Translations under genes and position numbers: made by a program
Notes under the pieces: model-generated
Told to the model about the DNA's origin: nothing
What the model saw: the letters and a program-made list of their open reading frames with translations, nothing else
The model's database searches: none
Assembly: GCA_014384545.1 (NCBI GenBank)
Contig: JACNFQ010000089.1
Span: 5,603 to 69,602, forward strand
Origin: a bacterium
GTDB lineage: Bacteria; UBP7; UBA6624
Length of the DNA stretch: 64,000 nucleotides
Reading direction: 5' to 3'
Part shown: positions 8,523-18,838 of the stretch, one piece after another
How positions within the stretch are numbered: position 1 is the first letter of the stretch
Layout: each line of letters opens with the position of its first letter

Positions 8523-9769
8523 TCTGTTGGCGGGTTTGAAAGGGGGAGAGAAACGACGACTCTAAGCCCCCTTCCCTCCCTTGAAAGAAGACTTAGTTCC
8601 CCTCCCGCCCGTTCTATCAAGCGATGAGCGATCGCTAATCCCATACCTGAACCGCTCCCCCTTTCTGTTCCCACTCTTTCAAAGGGGCGTTTCACTCTCT
8701 CCCTGTCGGCAAGTGGAATCCCGGGACCATTATCAATGACCTCAAACCCAACCTTTCCTCCCACCAGCTTTACCCACCTTTCGCCTGATTCCACATGGTG
8801 GAGCAACCCGTTCATGACAAGTGCCTGAAGAACGACTTCCATTGCTCGCTCCTCTATGGCGAATATGGGTGTGTCCTCAATCCCTCCCTCAATGAGGGAG
8901 ATTCCCTCCTGATCCGCAAGAGCTTGGCAGCGTGGAAGAACATCTGCCCACACCTCTCCCAAAGAGGATTCCCCCTCTCCTAAGCTCACTCGAAGCCTAT
9001 TTTCAACGAGCTCTGTGAGTCGGATAATCTCATCTTCAGCAACACGCTTGAGGGGAGCTTCCTCCCCCGGATTCCACGCCTCCAACGCCCCCTTTATCAC
9101 AGCCAAGGGGGTCTTCATTTCATGGGTGGCGGCGATGCGGAATGCTTCTTCTCCCTCTTCTCTTTCCTTTCTATCCGTGATATCCCGCACGACCAAGAGG
9201 CTCTTGGCTCCTTTCGTTCTCGTTGTATAGGCTTGAATCCAAATCCCTTTTCTACCCAGTCGGAGTCTCTGGCGCTCTTCTTTCCCCCCCAAGACCATTT
9301 CCACCAAACGACGGTCGGGGAGTGCTCCTACCGATTCCACACTCTCTGCCAACCCCAACATTTCTTGTGCTGAACCGTTTAGATAGAGAGCCCTTTCACC
9401 TTCAAAGATAAGGACGCCTTCGTCCAAACCACCCAACGCTGCCTCCATCAATCCTCTCGTGGCCTTGACCTCCCCTTTGGCTCGCCCTTCCCCCCGTCGA
9501 GCCCTTTGGAGGGCGTGGGCGATGCGGTCAAAGGGAGGTCCCAGCCTCATAGGGGGTGGGGCAGGAGGAATATCTACCATCTTTGATAGAGCTTCCAAGG
9601 GCTTTGTTACACCTTCCCTAAGTCCCCTCACAGTGCACCACCACAAGAGAACAGAGGTGCTTACAGCTCCCCACCACGGGGGGTTTTCTCTCCCTAAGTA
9701 GAGAATCCCTATTGGTACTAGAAAGATGAAGGCGAGCCCCCATTCCCATCGTGCGTAGCGTCTCTTCAT
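8519..9769 (-). CDS. phoR: sensor histidine kinase, PhoR-like
   Basis: Two N-terminal TMs with a short loop. H-box HEMKTPLAVIKGALEA and a HATPase_c G-box region. Convergent with phoU and overlapping it by 4 nt, and upstream of phoB. Confidence 0.8.
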   Translation of the reverse strand: MKRRYARWEWGLAFIFLVPIGILYLGRENPPWWGAVSTSVLLWWCTVRGLREGVTKPLEALSKMVDIPPAPPPMRLGPPFDRIAHALQRARRGEGRAKGEVKATRGLMEAALGGLDEGVLIFEGERALYLNGSAQEMLGLAESVESVGALPDRRLVEMVLGGKEERQRLRLGRKGIWIQAYTTRTKGAKSLLVVRDITDRKEREEGEEAFRIAATHEMKTPLAVIKGALEAWNPGEEAPLKRVAEDEIIRLTELVENRLRVSLGEGESSLGEVWADVLPRCQALADQEGISLIEGGIEDTPIFAIEERAMEVVLQALVMNGLLHHVESGERWVKLVGGKVGFEVIDNGPGIPLADRERVKRPFERVGTERGSGSGMGLAIAHRLIERAGGELSLLSREGRGLRVVVSLPLSNPPTD

Positions 9770-10437
9770 TTCTCCATCAAGGCGAGCCTATATCCATACC
9801 CTGGAACGGTCTCCAATAGGGCACTTGCCGCTCCCAGTCTCTTTCTGAGTCGGCTCATATGTTGATCCACCGCACGAGTCGCCGCCGTTTCTTTCCACCC
9901 CAAAGCTCGGAGTAAATCGTCTCGATGGACTGCATGGGGAGCGCGCATCGCCAAAGTTCCCAATAGTGAAAGCTGGTCACCTGTAAGTTGGATCGGGATT
10001 CCCCCCAGAGAGACTTCCCTCTTCCCCAAATCAATCTCTAACTCTCCGCACTGAACGATTCCACCTCTTTTCTTGTTTCGGCGCGTCAAGATGGCGTTGA
10101 TGCGTAGAACGAGCTCTTTTCCACTGAAGGGTTTCACCATGTAATCATCACATCCCGCCAAGAAACCCTCTACTCTTTGCGCCTCCTCTCCCAGGGCGGA
10201 GAGGATAATCACGGGCAAACTATACCCTTGGCTTCTGAGCAAGGCTAGTGCCTCTTTCCCCCCCATTCCCGGAAGCATTAGGTCTAGAATCAGCAGGTCA
10301 ACCCCCCCTCTTCTTATTCTCTTCAGCCCCTCTTCTGCCGTCCTCGCCTCATCCAGAGCATACCCCTCTTTCATCAGGATGTGGCGTAGAACAAGTCTTA
10401 GGTTCGCATCGTCTTCAACCAGAAGGAGTTGTATCAC
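9766..10437 (-). CDS. phoB: OmpR/PhoB-family response regulator
   Basis: Receiver domain (LLVEDDANLR..DLLILDLMLPGMGG) plus a winged-helix C-terminus (GYGYRL). Its stop overlaps the phoR start. Confidence 0.85.
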   Translation of the reverse strand: MIQLLLVEDDANLRLVLRHILMKEGYALDEARTAEEGLKRIRRGGVDLLILDLMLPGMGGKEALALLRSQGYSLPVIILSALGEEAQRVEGFLAGCDDYMVKPFSGKELVLRINAILTRRNKKRGGIVQCGELEIDLGKREVSLGGIPIQLTGDQLSLLGTLAMRAPHAVHRDDLLRALGWKETAATRAVDQHMSRLRKRLGAASALLETVPGYGYRLALMEK

Positions 10438-10451
10438 GTCACTTCTTTCTC

Positions 10452-10847
10452 TTAGGAAACTGCTGCGAGTGCTTTCTTGAATGCCGCAGCTGCTGTTGCC
10501 ATCTCTTCACAGATGCTTACCCCTTTTTCTCCCAAGAGAGGAAGGAGGGCTACTGGATCAATGACGCCAATACGAACCCTCCCTGAAGGGAGTTCCCGAG
10601 CCAATGCGCCACAGGGAAGGAATAGACCGATGTCTGGCACCGATGTCGTCGCCTTGTGAGCAAGGGCGGGGTTGCAGACCCCCAAGAGGCGGTATCCTTC
10701 AATCTCCTCCCCTATCTTCTCTTTGAGGAGCGTACGGACATCAATGTCCACTAGGGTACCAAACCCCTCCGCCTTCATCGCAACGATAAACCTATCCACG
10801 ACATCGTCCATTGGACCATCCACTTCCACAAAAAAACCGTATTCCAT
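10452..10847 (-). CDS. DUF302 family protein
   Basis: The MEYGF N-terminus, about 130 aa length and hydrophobic pattern are typical of DUF302. Confidence 0.55.
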   Translation of the reverse strand: MEYGFFVEVDGPMDDVVDRFIVAMKAEGFGTLVDIDVRTLLKEKIGEEIEGYRLLGVCNPALAHKATTSVPDIGLFLPCGALARELPSGRVRIGVIDPVALLPLLGEKGVSICEEMATAAAAFKKALAAVS

Positions 10848-10895
10848 AAGGACATCCTAGAACTCTTTGGGTGTTCTGAATATGATATCTTCTCA

Positions 10896-12599
10896 ATGGA
10901 ACTCCTCCTCGTTGCCTCATTCCTCTTTCCGCCACCAGACAGAGAAGTGCCACCCCACCCACGACTTATGGCAACGCCCCCTACCCTAGAGGCGTTACTG
11001 GAAGATGTTGATAGGGGGGAGATACCCGACCTGCTTGTAACGAATGTACTGTCTAGGGCCAATCAGTATCTATCAGCACCCCCCATCACTTATAGTAAGA
11101 GTAGCCGTGACAATCTCTATGGTCCTAGTCGAGAGGCGGGGTTGCGAATCTGGTCCTTGGGAATGGCATGGTGGCTAACTGGATCCGCAAAATACAGGGA
11201 GGCTGCTGTCACAATCATGCGTGATATCGCCGCCTTCCCCGATTGGAATCCCAGCCACTTCTTAGATACAGGAATGTTCTCGCTCGCTTTGGGGTTGGGC
11301 TACGATTGGTTCTACGATGATCTCTCCCTAGATGAGAGAGAGCTTATTCGGGAGGCGCTCGTAGAGAAAGGTCTCAAACCAGGTCTTGAAGCTCTAAAGG
11401 GGAAAATGACTGGTTGGTGGCGCTATGCAAACAACAACTGGAATTTAGTCTGCAATGGCGGTCTTATTGTCGCCTCGTTGGCTTTGTGGGATGAAGAGGA
11501 GAAACTTGCCTACGAAGTCTTATCTCGTTCCGTTGAGAGCCTCCAGAAACCCCTTGACCATTGGCCTGATGACGGGGGATGGCTAGAAGGTCCTGGGTAC
11601 TGGGATTACGGGACCGAGTTTCTCATATACGCCCTTGACTCGCTCTCATCGGTCTTTGGAGATGATGGAGGGCTCTCTGCCTCTCTGGGGTTTTCCAGAA
11701 CAGGGAACTACAGAATGCAAGTGGTAGGTCCTTCTGGAAAACCGTTCAACTATGGAGATAGTACCGACTTGCTTAGGGAATCTCCACATATCGCTTGGCT
11801 CTCTAGACGATTCCACCGTCCCGATTGGTCATCTTGGCATCGCAACCACCTCTCCTACCTACCCCAAGACCTCCTTTGGTACGTTCCAGAGGAGGAGGGT
11901 GTGGAGAGTGAATCCCCACCCCTAACCGCTCTCTTCCCCGAAACAGGCATCGCCTTCTTGCGCTCTAGTTGGGACGAGAATGCCTTCTTTGTGGGTATCA
12001 AAGGGGGCCAAAATGGTGTCAGCCATGGACACTTGGATTTGGGCTCTTTTGTCTTGGACTGGGAAGGAGAGCGATGGATTACCGAGTTGGGGCGAGACAG
12101 TTACTCTCTCCCTGGATACTTCGGCATCCGTCGCAACTCTTACTACAGAAACAACACCTTCGGTCACAATACGCTCTTGGTTGATGGATTGGGGCAGAAG
12201 AGAGATGGGCTTGCCCCCCTAACCCATCAAGAAAACGATTTGATCATCGTGAATCTATCCAAAGCGTACTCCGGCTTTGAAGAACTCTTTCGGGAATGGT
12301 CTCTTGGAGAGGGGCGTGTTCTCGTTAGAACCTGGGGTCGTTCAGCCCATCCTTCCTCTGCTGTTATAAGGCTACACACCCCTGCCCATGTCCTTCGTAT
12401 ACCTACGGGTATTCAGTTGTCCCTTGGAGAGAATCGCCTCTGTCTCGCTGGTGGTTCCCAACCCTTACCCCCGTGGACCCTCTCTCCTGCTGCGCCACCC
12501 ACAGAACGAGAGAATCCCAATGAGGGTATCACCCGCATTGACTTCAATACCGCCTTTGACCCTCTGGGAGAGCTCCTTCTTTCGTTTTCTCCCTGTTAG
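10896..12599 (+). CDS. heparinase II/III-family protein (polysaccharide lyase-like)
   Basis: DDGGWLEGPGYWDYG and HGHLDLGSFVLDWEGERW match the conserved heparinase II/III C-terminal signatures, on an alpha/alpha toroid-like N-terminal region. Confidence 0.6.
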   Translation: MELLLVASFLFPPPDREVPPHPRLMATPPTLEALLEDVDRGEIPDLLVTNVLSRANQYLSAPPITYSKSSRDNLYGPSREAGLRIWSLGMAWWLTGSAKYREAAVTIMRDIAAFPDWNPSHFLDTGMFSLALGLGYDWFYDDLSLDERELIREALVEKGLKPGLEALKGKMTGWWRYANNNWNLVCNGGLIVASLALWDEEEKLAYEVLSRSVESLQKPLDHWPDDGGWLEGPGYWDYGTEFLIYALDSLSSVFGDDGGLSASLGFSRTGNYRMQVVGPSGKPFNYGDSTDLLRESPHIAWLSRRFHRPDWSSWHRNHLSYLPQDLLWYVPEEEGVESESPPLTALFPETGIAFLRSSWDENAFFVGIKGGQNGVSHGHLDLGSFVLDWEGERWITELGRDSYSLPGYFGIRRNSYYRNNTFGHNTLLVDGLGQKRDGLAPLTHQENDLIIVNLSKAYSGFEELFREWSLGEGRVLVRTWGRSAHPSSAVIRLHTPAHVLRIPTGIQLSLGENRLCLAGGSQPLPPWTLSPAAPPTERENPNEGITRIDFNTAFDPLGELLLSFSPC

Positions 12600-12617
12600 C
12601 TTGCTCTCCTCCATACA

Positions 12618-13802
12618 ATGCCCTTCCCGATGTATACCCTCCCCTTTGACCTTGCTTTGATTCAATCCTCTTTGCGGGAGGCCCGAAAGGATGGATGGCT
12701 CCTTTTGGGCAATAAGGAAAACAACCCCATTGCTAAGAAAGCTCTGGGGGGGGGTGCTTTTCTCTCGCGACGCTTTGCGCTTTGGATTCCTCTAGAAGGA
12801 GCTCCAACTCTCTTGGTTCATCGTATCGAGTCTCGTTCCTTGCCCCCCTTCGACATCCCAGTCCTTACATACACGGGATTTGTCCAATGGCGCAAACATC
12901 TTTCCCAAGTCGTCGGTGGAAAGTCTCTTCTCTTGGAATGGCACCCCTTAGGGGAGATCTCCTATCTCTCTCTCATAGATGGTGGTGTCGTTGACCTCCT
13001 TCGAGAACTCGGTTGCACCCTCCACTCCAGTGCAGATCTTGCACAACACCATTTCTTGCTCTGGAACGAGAAACAGATGGAATGCCACCAACTCGTTGCT
13101 AGAGAACTTACCCATGTCGTCCACGAAACTTTCCAGAGGATTCGGCAAACCCCACCTGGTGGCGTCGATGAAAAAGGTGTCCAACAGTGGATGATGGATT
13201 CCTTCTTGGCAAGGGGTATTGAAACAGATCACCCCCCTATCGTCGCTGTTGATGCTCATGCTGGCGACCCCCACTATGTGCCCCCCAAAGAGGGCTCCTC
13301 CCTTTTGGGAGCAGATTTTGTCCTCTTGATTGATCTTTGGGGGTGCCATCCTGGTCCCCATCAAACCTATGGAGATATTACTTGGATGGCTCGACGTGGT
13401 CAGATTCCTGAAGAGGCAGATAGGGCATTCCATACCATTCTCCAAGCCCGAGACGCTGGCATCTTAGCTCTTGAAACGAGCTTCTCCGAGAATCGTTTTC
13501 TTCCCGGGAATGAAGTGGACCGAATCGTGAGAGGGGTGGTAGAGAGATCCGGCTTTGGTTCTTCCTTTACACATAGGACCGGTCACAGCCTTGGGGTGCA
13601 TGGTGGACACGGACTAGCCGCACAGATTGATAGCTATGAAGCAGAAGATAGGCGCTTGATTGAATCGGGTTGGGCAGGAACGATTGAACCTGGAATCTAC
13701 TGCCCCCAGTTGGGTTGGGGGGTGCGAACAGAGATTGATGTGGTTATGCATCCAGGACCAATCGTTACTACTCCTAGACAGACCGAATGGGTGGTCATTT
13801 AG
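12618..13802 (+). CDS. M24-family metallopeptidase (Xaa-Pro dipeptidase/aminopeptidase-like)
   Basis: Pita-bread fold metal ligands (HRTGHSLGVHGGHG .. EPGIY .. E). Creatinase-like N-terminal domain. Confidence 0.75.
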   Translation: MPFPMYTLPFDLALIQSSLREARKDGWLLLGNKENNPIAKKALGGGAFLSRRFALWIPLEGAPTLLVHRIESRSLPPFDIPVLTYTGFVQWRKHLSQVVGGKSLLLEWHPLGEISYLSLIDGGVVDLLRELGCTLHSSADLAQHHFLLWNEKQMECHQLVARELTHVVHETFQRIRQTPPGGVDEKGVQQWMMDSFLARGIETDHPPIVAVDAHAGDPHYVPPKEGSSLLGADFVLLIDLWGCHPGPHQTYGDITWMARRGQIPEEADRAFHTILQARDAGILALETSFSENRFLPGNEVDRIVRGVVERSGFGSSFTHRTGHSLGVHGGHGLAAQIDSYEAEDRRLIESGWAGTIEPGIYCPQLGWGVRTEIDVVMHPGPIVTTPRQTEWVVI

Positions 13803-14314
13803 AGGGTGGAAAGGTAGGATTACTGCTGATGGATTCAGAAAACCCCTTTCAGGACTTGCCCCCCATTATTGATGAGATCCCCCTAGGAAAAGAGCTCTTA
13901 CAGGAGACTTGTCAAAGGCTAAAACTTGCTTTTGAAGACCACCTCATGGATGCCGCCGACGACCGTGTTGTCGTTGGTTATTGGACAGAGGATAACATCC
14001 CCATCGTCTTTGGCGTCTTCAAGGAAGAAGAGTTTGCCTTGTTCCGAGTAGAAGCCCGTTGTTTCCCCCTTCCAGAAAAGCGTCATCTCTCTTTTTTCCG
14101 AGCGTTACTCAATCACGCTCACTTCTCTGAAGCGAGTCTCTCGGCACCTGGAGATGGGTGGGTATACGCTTGTCAGAATAAACCCCTTTTGGAGCTCGGT
14201 CCCGAAGAGATGGTCTTAGCGATTGAAAGTGTTGAACGCTCTGCCCAAGACGTCCAAAAAGAGATTGGGAAATCCCATGGTCTTTCGCCACCCCAACCTG
14301 ACGATCTAGATTGA
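13787..14314 (+). CDS. hypothetical protein, weakly YbjN/T3SS-chaperone-like
   Basis: Small acidic protein with an LLNHAHFSEASL..DGWVYAC pattern reminiscent of the YbjN family. No strong motif. Confidence 0.3.
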   Translation: MGGHLEGGKVGLLLMDSENPFQDLPPIIDEIPLGKELLQETCQRLKLAFEDHLMDAADDRVVVGYWTEDNIPIVFGVFKEEEFALFRVEARCFPLPEKRHLSFFRALLNHAHFSEASLSAPGDGWVYACQNKPLLELGPEEMVLAIESVERSAQDVQKEIGKSHGLSPPQPDDLD

Positions 14315-16050
14315 CCCCTCGAGGCATGGATCGTTTTGACGAAGTTCACCTTTATGGGCGACCTATGGGAATGGCTGATAAGCCGAGTCAACCGCCCTCT
14401 GCCCCCAAAGGAGCCACTAAGCGGTGTGCCACCTGGGATATCGAAGCAGCCTACCGCCTGTTGCAGAACAATCTTGACCCTCGTGTTGCACTTGATTGGG
14501 AAAACCTAGTCGTTTATGGAGGAACCGGGCGGGCAGCAAGGACTTGGACGGATTACCACCAGATTCTCAGGGCATTAGAGCGATTAGAGCCTGACGAGAC
14601 CCTCTGTATCCAAAGCGGACGACCCGTCTATGTGGGCAAGACCCACAAGCGCGCACCCCGCATCTTGATCGCAAACAGCAATCTCGTTCCCCACTGGGCA
14701 ACCCCTGATGTATTCTCTGAACTTGACAGAAAAGGTCTCATGATGTATGGGCAAATGACTGCTGGTTCCTGGATCTATATCGGCACTCAGGGTATTCTTC
14801 AAGGGACTTATCAAACCTTTGTCGCTCTTGCCGAAATAGAGTATGGCACGCCAGACCTATCCCGACGATGGATTCTTACGGGGGGGATGGGGGCGATGAG
14901 CGGTGCCCAACCCTTAGCAGGCGCGATGGCAGGGGCGGCTATCTTGGTCGTTGAATCTGTGAAGGCGCGTATACAGAAAAAGTGTGACCAAGGTTTTTGT
15001 GACCGAATGACTGATAACTTGGACGAAGCGTTGGCCTGGAAGGATGAAGCTATCTTGGAGGGGAGGGGGCTTTCTATCGGTTTGGTAGGGAATATCGCCA
15101 CGATTGCCCATACACTTTTAGAGCGAGATGAGATTCCAGATATCGTGACAGACCAAACGAGTGCTCATGACCTTCTTTCCTATTGGCCCGAAGGGAACTT
15201 GGAAGCGTTGGAGAAACTCAAGAGATCAAACCCGTCCCTTTACAGGGATCGTTCGGCAGAGACGATCCTGAAACATACCCGTGCGATTCTCGGGCTCAAG
15301 GCGAGGGGGGCTATCGCTTTTGATTACGGGAATGCCCTTAGAGACCAAGCCGAGCGAGCGGGGTTATCTGAGATTCGTCTTTCGGATGGCTCTTTTGCTT
15401 ATCCCGGGTTCTTGCCCGCTTATGTCCGTCCGCTATTCTGCCAAGGAATGGGACCCTTTCGTTGGGCTGCCCTGTCAGGAAACCCCGACGATATTAGAAA
15501 AACGGACGAAGCGATGTTAGCCCTCTTTCCTGAGGATTTATTCTTGCACCGATGGATTCGCTTAGCCCAAGAACGCGTTCCTTTTGAGGGAATGCCCACG
15601 CGCATCTGTTGGTTGGGGTATGGCGACCGTGCCAAAGCGGGGCTTCTCCTGAATGAAATGGTAGCGAGTGGCGAGGTGGATGCCCCCATCGCCATCGGTC
15701 GAGACCATTTGGATACAGGTTCGGTTGCTAGCCCAAGTCGTGAAACCGAAGCGATGAAAGATGGCTCGGATGCCGTAGCCGACTGGCCCCTGCTGAACTT
15801 TGGGTTGAACACGGCGAGTGGTGCCAGTTGGGTCTCTTTCCATAGTGGCGGGGGGGTGGGTACGGGGCTATCTATGCACGCTGGTGTCGTTGTCGTTGCT
15901 GACGGCACACCCGAAAGAAGAGAGATTTTGCAGACCGTTCTTACGAACGATCCAGGTTTGGGAGTTGCCCGCCATGCAGATGCCGGTTACAGAGAAGCGC
16001 TTGATGTTGCCCGAGAAAGAGGTGTAGATCTGGGGAAGGACCTTGTCTAA
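14311..16050 (+). CDS. hutU: urocanate hydratase
   Basis: Highly conserved urocanase core (YGGTGRAARTW.., QSGRPV.., GQMTAGSWIYIGTQGILQGTYQTF). The true start is probably at the MGMADK Met. Confidence 0.9.
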   Translation: MTPRGMDRFDEVHLYGRPMGMADKPSQPPSAPKGATKRCATWDIEAAYRLLQNNLDPRVALDWENLVVYGGTGRAARTWTDYHQILRALERLEPDETLCIQSGRPVYVGKTHKRAPRILIANSNLVPHWATPDVFSELDRKGLMMYGQMTAGSWIYIGTQGILQGTYQTFVALAEIEYGTPDLSRRWILTGGMGAMSGAQPLAGAMAGAAILVVESVKARIQKKCDQGFCDRMTDNLDEALAWKDEAILEGRGLSIGLVGNIATIAHTLLERDEIPDIVTDQTSAHDLLSYWPEGNLEALEKLKRSNPSLYRDRSAETILKHTRAILGLKARGAIAFDYGNALRDQAERAGLSEIRLSDGSFAYPGFLPAYVRPLFCQGMGPFRWAALSGNPDDIRKTDEAMLALFPEDLFLHRWIRLAQERVPFEGMPTRICWLGYGDRAKAGLLLNEMVASGEVDAPIAIGRDHLDTGSVASPSRETEAMKDGSDAVADWPLLNFGLNTASGASWVSFHSGGGVGTGLSMHAGVVVVADGTPERREILQTVLTNDPGLGVARHADAGYREALDVARERGVDLGKDLV

Positions 16051-17254
16051 CGAATCTGACGGACGGGCGCTGAATAAACTGGGGCGCCTCGTTGCCCATC
16101 AAGATAACCCAGATCGACTCTTGTCCGAACTTGTGGCACTTGCCCGAGAGACGACGAATGCCGACGCGGGTTCGTTATACCTTATTGACCCAAGCAGAGA
16201 GGAACTTCTCTTTCGTGTTATTCAATCCCAATCCCTTTCATTAGATTGGAATCATACCCAGGGCACACCTTCTCCTCTGCCCAACCTTGCTATGGATGGA
16301 TCGGATGGTTTCCACTTTGCCCTTGATGCGCTGACCGCCCACAAAGCAGTGGTGGGGATTCCTGATAAGGCACATGGGGGGACTCTGAAGAATGCCGCCA
16401 TGCTTGGTTATTCTCCCAAACTGATCGCCTCAGTCGCTATCCTTGCAGAAGGAACGAGTATTGGGGTGCTTCAGGTCATCAATCCTCAAGGGGGGCGTTT
16501 TAGCAGGAAAGACCTCAATGATCTCTTTGCTCTAGCATCAGTAGCCGGGTCGGTCGTTAGGAACAGCCGCATCCTCGTTGACCTAAAAAGGGCAAATGAA
16601 CTGAATCAGGCTCGTCGCACCCTGATTTCTGGTATCGCTCACGACCTCAAGTCACCTCTTGCCATTATCGCCAATGCGGGGGATGTCGTTGCCGAAGTTG
16701 AGGGAATGGCTTCTCTAGGAGAAGGGATTCGAAAAGAGGCAGAGGTTCTCCTTTCGCTGACGAACGATCTTGTAGATCTCTTGAGGATGGAGGAGGGACT
16801 GGAATCGTCCAACCCCGTCCCTTTTGATGTCGCCGAGACCGTAGCGGGAATCACATCCGGCTTAGATTCACTGTTTGATCGAGTTGGGGCGGATTGTGAA
16901 CTTCTTTTGCCCGAAGGAATCGCCGGTTTCTTTGACGGTCGCCACTTCCGTCGAATCCTACTCAACCTTATCTCAAATGCTCTCCACCACGGCAAAGGGA
17001 AATCGGTCATTGTCTCAGCAAGAACAACCCGTTCGGGGGTTGAGGTCGTTGTTCAAGACGAGGGTCCTGGTATTCCCACAAGTCAACAAACAGAACTCTT
17101 CGAGCCCAAATCTCGAAAGGGGAGTGGGGGGGCTTTTGGATCAGGATTGGGGCTATCTGTCTCTCGACGGTTGGCTCACCTAAATAATGCGGACCTCATC
17201 CTTGCCCCTTCAAGAGTGGGTGCTCGTTTCGTTCTCTCTTTCCCTTCTGCCTAA
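16043..17254 (+). CDS. cytoplasmic GAF-domain sensor histidine kinase
   Basis: N-terminal GAF region, H-box GIAHDLKSPLAII, and N/G boxes in a C-terminal HATPase_c domain. No TM segment. Its start overlaps the hutU stop by 8 nt. Confidence 0.8.
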   Translation: MSNESDGRALNKLGRLVAHQDNPDRLLSELVALARETTNADAGSLYLIDPSREELLFRVIQSQSLSLDWNHTQGTPSPLPNLAMDGSDGFHFALDALTAHKAVVGIPDKAHGGTLKNAAMLGYSPKLIASVAILAEGTSIGVLQVINPQGGRFSRKDLNDLFALASVAGSVVRNSRILVDLKRANELNQARRTLISGIAHDLKSPLAIIANAGDVVAEVEGMASLGEGIRKEAEVLLSLTNDLVDLLRMEEGLESSNPVPFDVAETVAGITSGLDSLFDRVGADCELLLPEGIAGFFDGRHFRRILLNLISNALHHGKGKSVIVSARTTRSGVEVVVQDEGPGIPTSQQTELFEPKSRKGSGGAFGSGLGLSVSRRLAHLNNADLILAPSRVGARFVLSFPSA

Positions 17255-18759
17255 GAAAAAATACGGCGGTATTTCCTCTCTAGATAGAGAAGGAAATCAT
17301 CAGCCGTAGGCAACTTCCCTGTTGCCTCTTCCATCAGTGCCTCAGAACGGTGGAATGTCCCACGCTGGTGGATGTTATGCCGCATCCACGCCAACGGCGT
17401 AGAGCAATCTCCTCGGGCAACCTCACTCTCCCACTTGGGGTGATCTCTCGTCAACGCTTCTCCCAATTGTGCTGAATAGAGTCTCCCGAGTGCATAGGTT
17501 GGAAAATACCCCAACCCCCCCATAGACCAGTGAATATCTTGGAGAACCCCCGTCGTGTCATCTTCTGGAGAGAGGCCGACAAGCTCCTCCATTTTCTCTC
17601 TCCATACCCCCGGCAAATCATCTAGAGAAATCTCTCCACGGATGATATCTCTCTCCATCTCAAAGCGAAGAATGATATGGAGGGGATAAGTCACTTCATC
17701 TGCTTCTACTCGGATGAGAGATCGAGAGACCCGATTGACACGTTTTTGCATCTCTTCATATCCCACTCCTTCTGCCCTTCCCGGAAAATGGGATTTGAAG
17801 AAGGGCAGTGCATAAGTCCAAAAGGCCTCGCCTTGTCCCAAGACCGACTCAAAAAAGAGAGATTGGCTTTCGTGTATTCCCAATGAGACAGCTGTCCCCC
17901 TGGGTGTCCCCTGATGCTCCGAAGGTAATCCTTGTTCGTATAGACCGTGTCCCGCTTCATGTAACGCTCCCCCAAAGGATTTGAGGGGATCATTCACATC
18001 ATATCGAGTGGTCAGGCGGATATCACCTGAGCACGTTCCTGAACAGAACGGGTGAACCGCTGTGTCCATTCTCCCGGCGTCAAAGTCAAATCCGATATGT
18101 CTTGCTCCCCACTTGCAGAACCGAGCCTGTTCTTCCACAGAGTACTTTCCTTCCAAGGGATCTGGACCGACTTCTCCTTGCCAGTCAAGGATTCTTTCAA
18201 GAAGGGGCACCAATCTATTCCTCAATCCTGAAAAGAGGGTGTCAATGCCTTGGGTGGTCATTCCCGCTTGGTATTGGTCTAGAAGAGCGTCATAGGGTTC
18301 GTCGGTATACCCCAAGTGCTCAGCACTCTCCTTTGCAATCTCAATAAGTTCTCCTAGGTCCGTTGAAAAGAGCGAGAAGTCGTCCTTTGCTCTTGCCTCC
18401 TTCCAACTTTCGTGGGCTCTAGTCGAAGCGAGTGCCCGTCTTTCTACAAGGTCTTGGGGGATCTTCGTTGCCAATTCCCACTCTCGCCTCCATTCACGCA
18501 TGTTGGCTTTACTGTTCTCGTCCACTGCCTCGTTCTCTGCTTCCCCCAACCACTCACCTATCTGGGGGTGGGTAGCTCTCTTGTGGCCTTCTATCGCCAA
18601 CCACGCCATCATCTTCCCCCTGTGCTCTGTCCCCTTTGGGGGCATGTTTACTTCTTGGTCCCACCCTACCAAAGCACCAATGCTCCCCATCACATGGAGT
18701 TCTTTGCTCATCTCCTGTAGTTTTTCGTAGGCACTCTTTTTACTTGCTTTCTCTTTCAC
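17251..18759 (-). CDS. M32 family carboxypeptidase (carboxypeptidase Taq-like)
   Basis: HEAGHGLYEQG (HExxH) and HESQSLFFE/ IRVEADEVTYPLHI signatures of the M32 family. Confidence 0.85.
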   Translation of the reverse strand: MKEKASKKSAYEKLQEMSKELHVMGSIGALVGWDQEVNMPPKGTEHRGKMMAWLAIEGHKRATHPQIGEWLGEAENEAVDENSKANMREWRREWELATKIPQDLVERRALASTRAHESWKEARAKDDFSLFSTDLGELIEIAKESAEHLGYTDEPYDALLDQYQAGMTTQGIDTLFSGLRNRLVPLLERILDWQGEVGPDPLEGKYSVEEQARFCKWGARHIGFDFDAGRMDTAVHPFCSGTCSGDIRLTTRYDVNDPLKSFGGALHEAGHGLYEQGLPSEHQGTPRGTAVSLGIHESQSLFFESVLGQGEAFWTYALPFFKSHFPGRAEGVGYEEMQKRVNRVSRSLIRVEADEVTYPLHIILRFEMERDIIRGEISLDDLPGVWREKMEELVGLSPEDDTTGVLQDIHWSMGGLGYFPTYALGRLYSAQLGEALTRDHPKWESEVARGDCSTPLAWMRHNIHQRGTFHRSEALMEEATGKLPTADDFLLYLERKYRRIFS

Positions 18760-18838
18760 CCTAACACCTCCTTTTTTGAAGAGGGTAATGGTATTCGGTT
18801 TTCGGGCTTCATTGCGTGCTTCCCCGTAGGATTTCGTT

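Noticed and set aside
8540-8573. A 7-bp GC stem hairpin (AAGGGGG...CCCCCTT) just downstream of phoU, as a terminator
   Set aside because: It lies inside the 3' coding end of the convergent phoR gene. It has a 22-nt loop and no U-tract.
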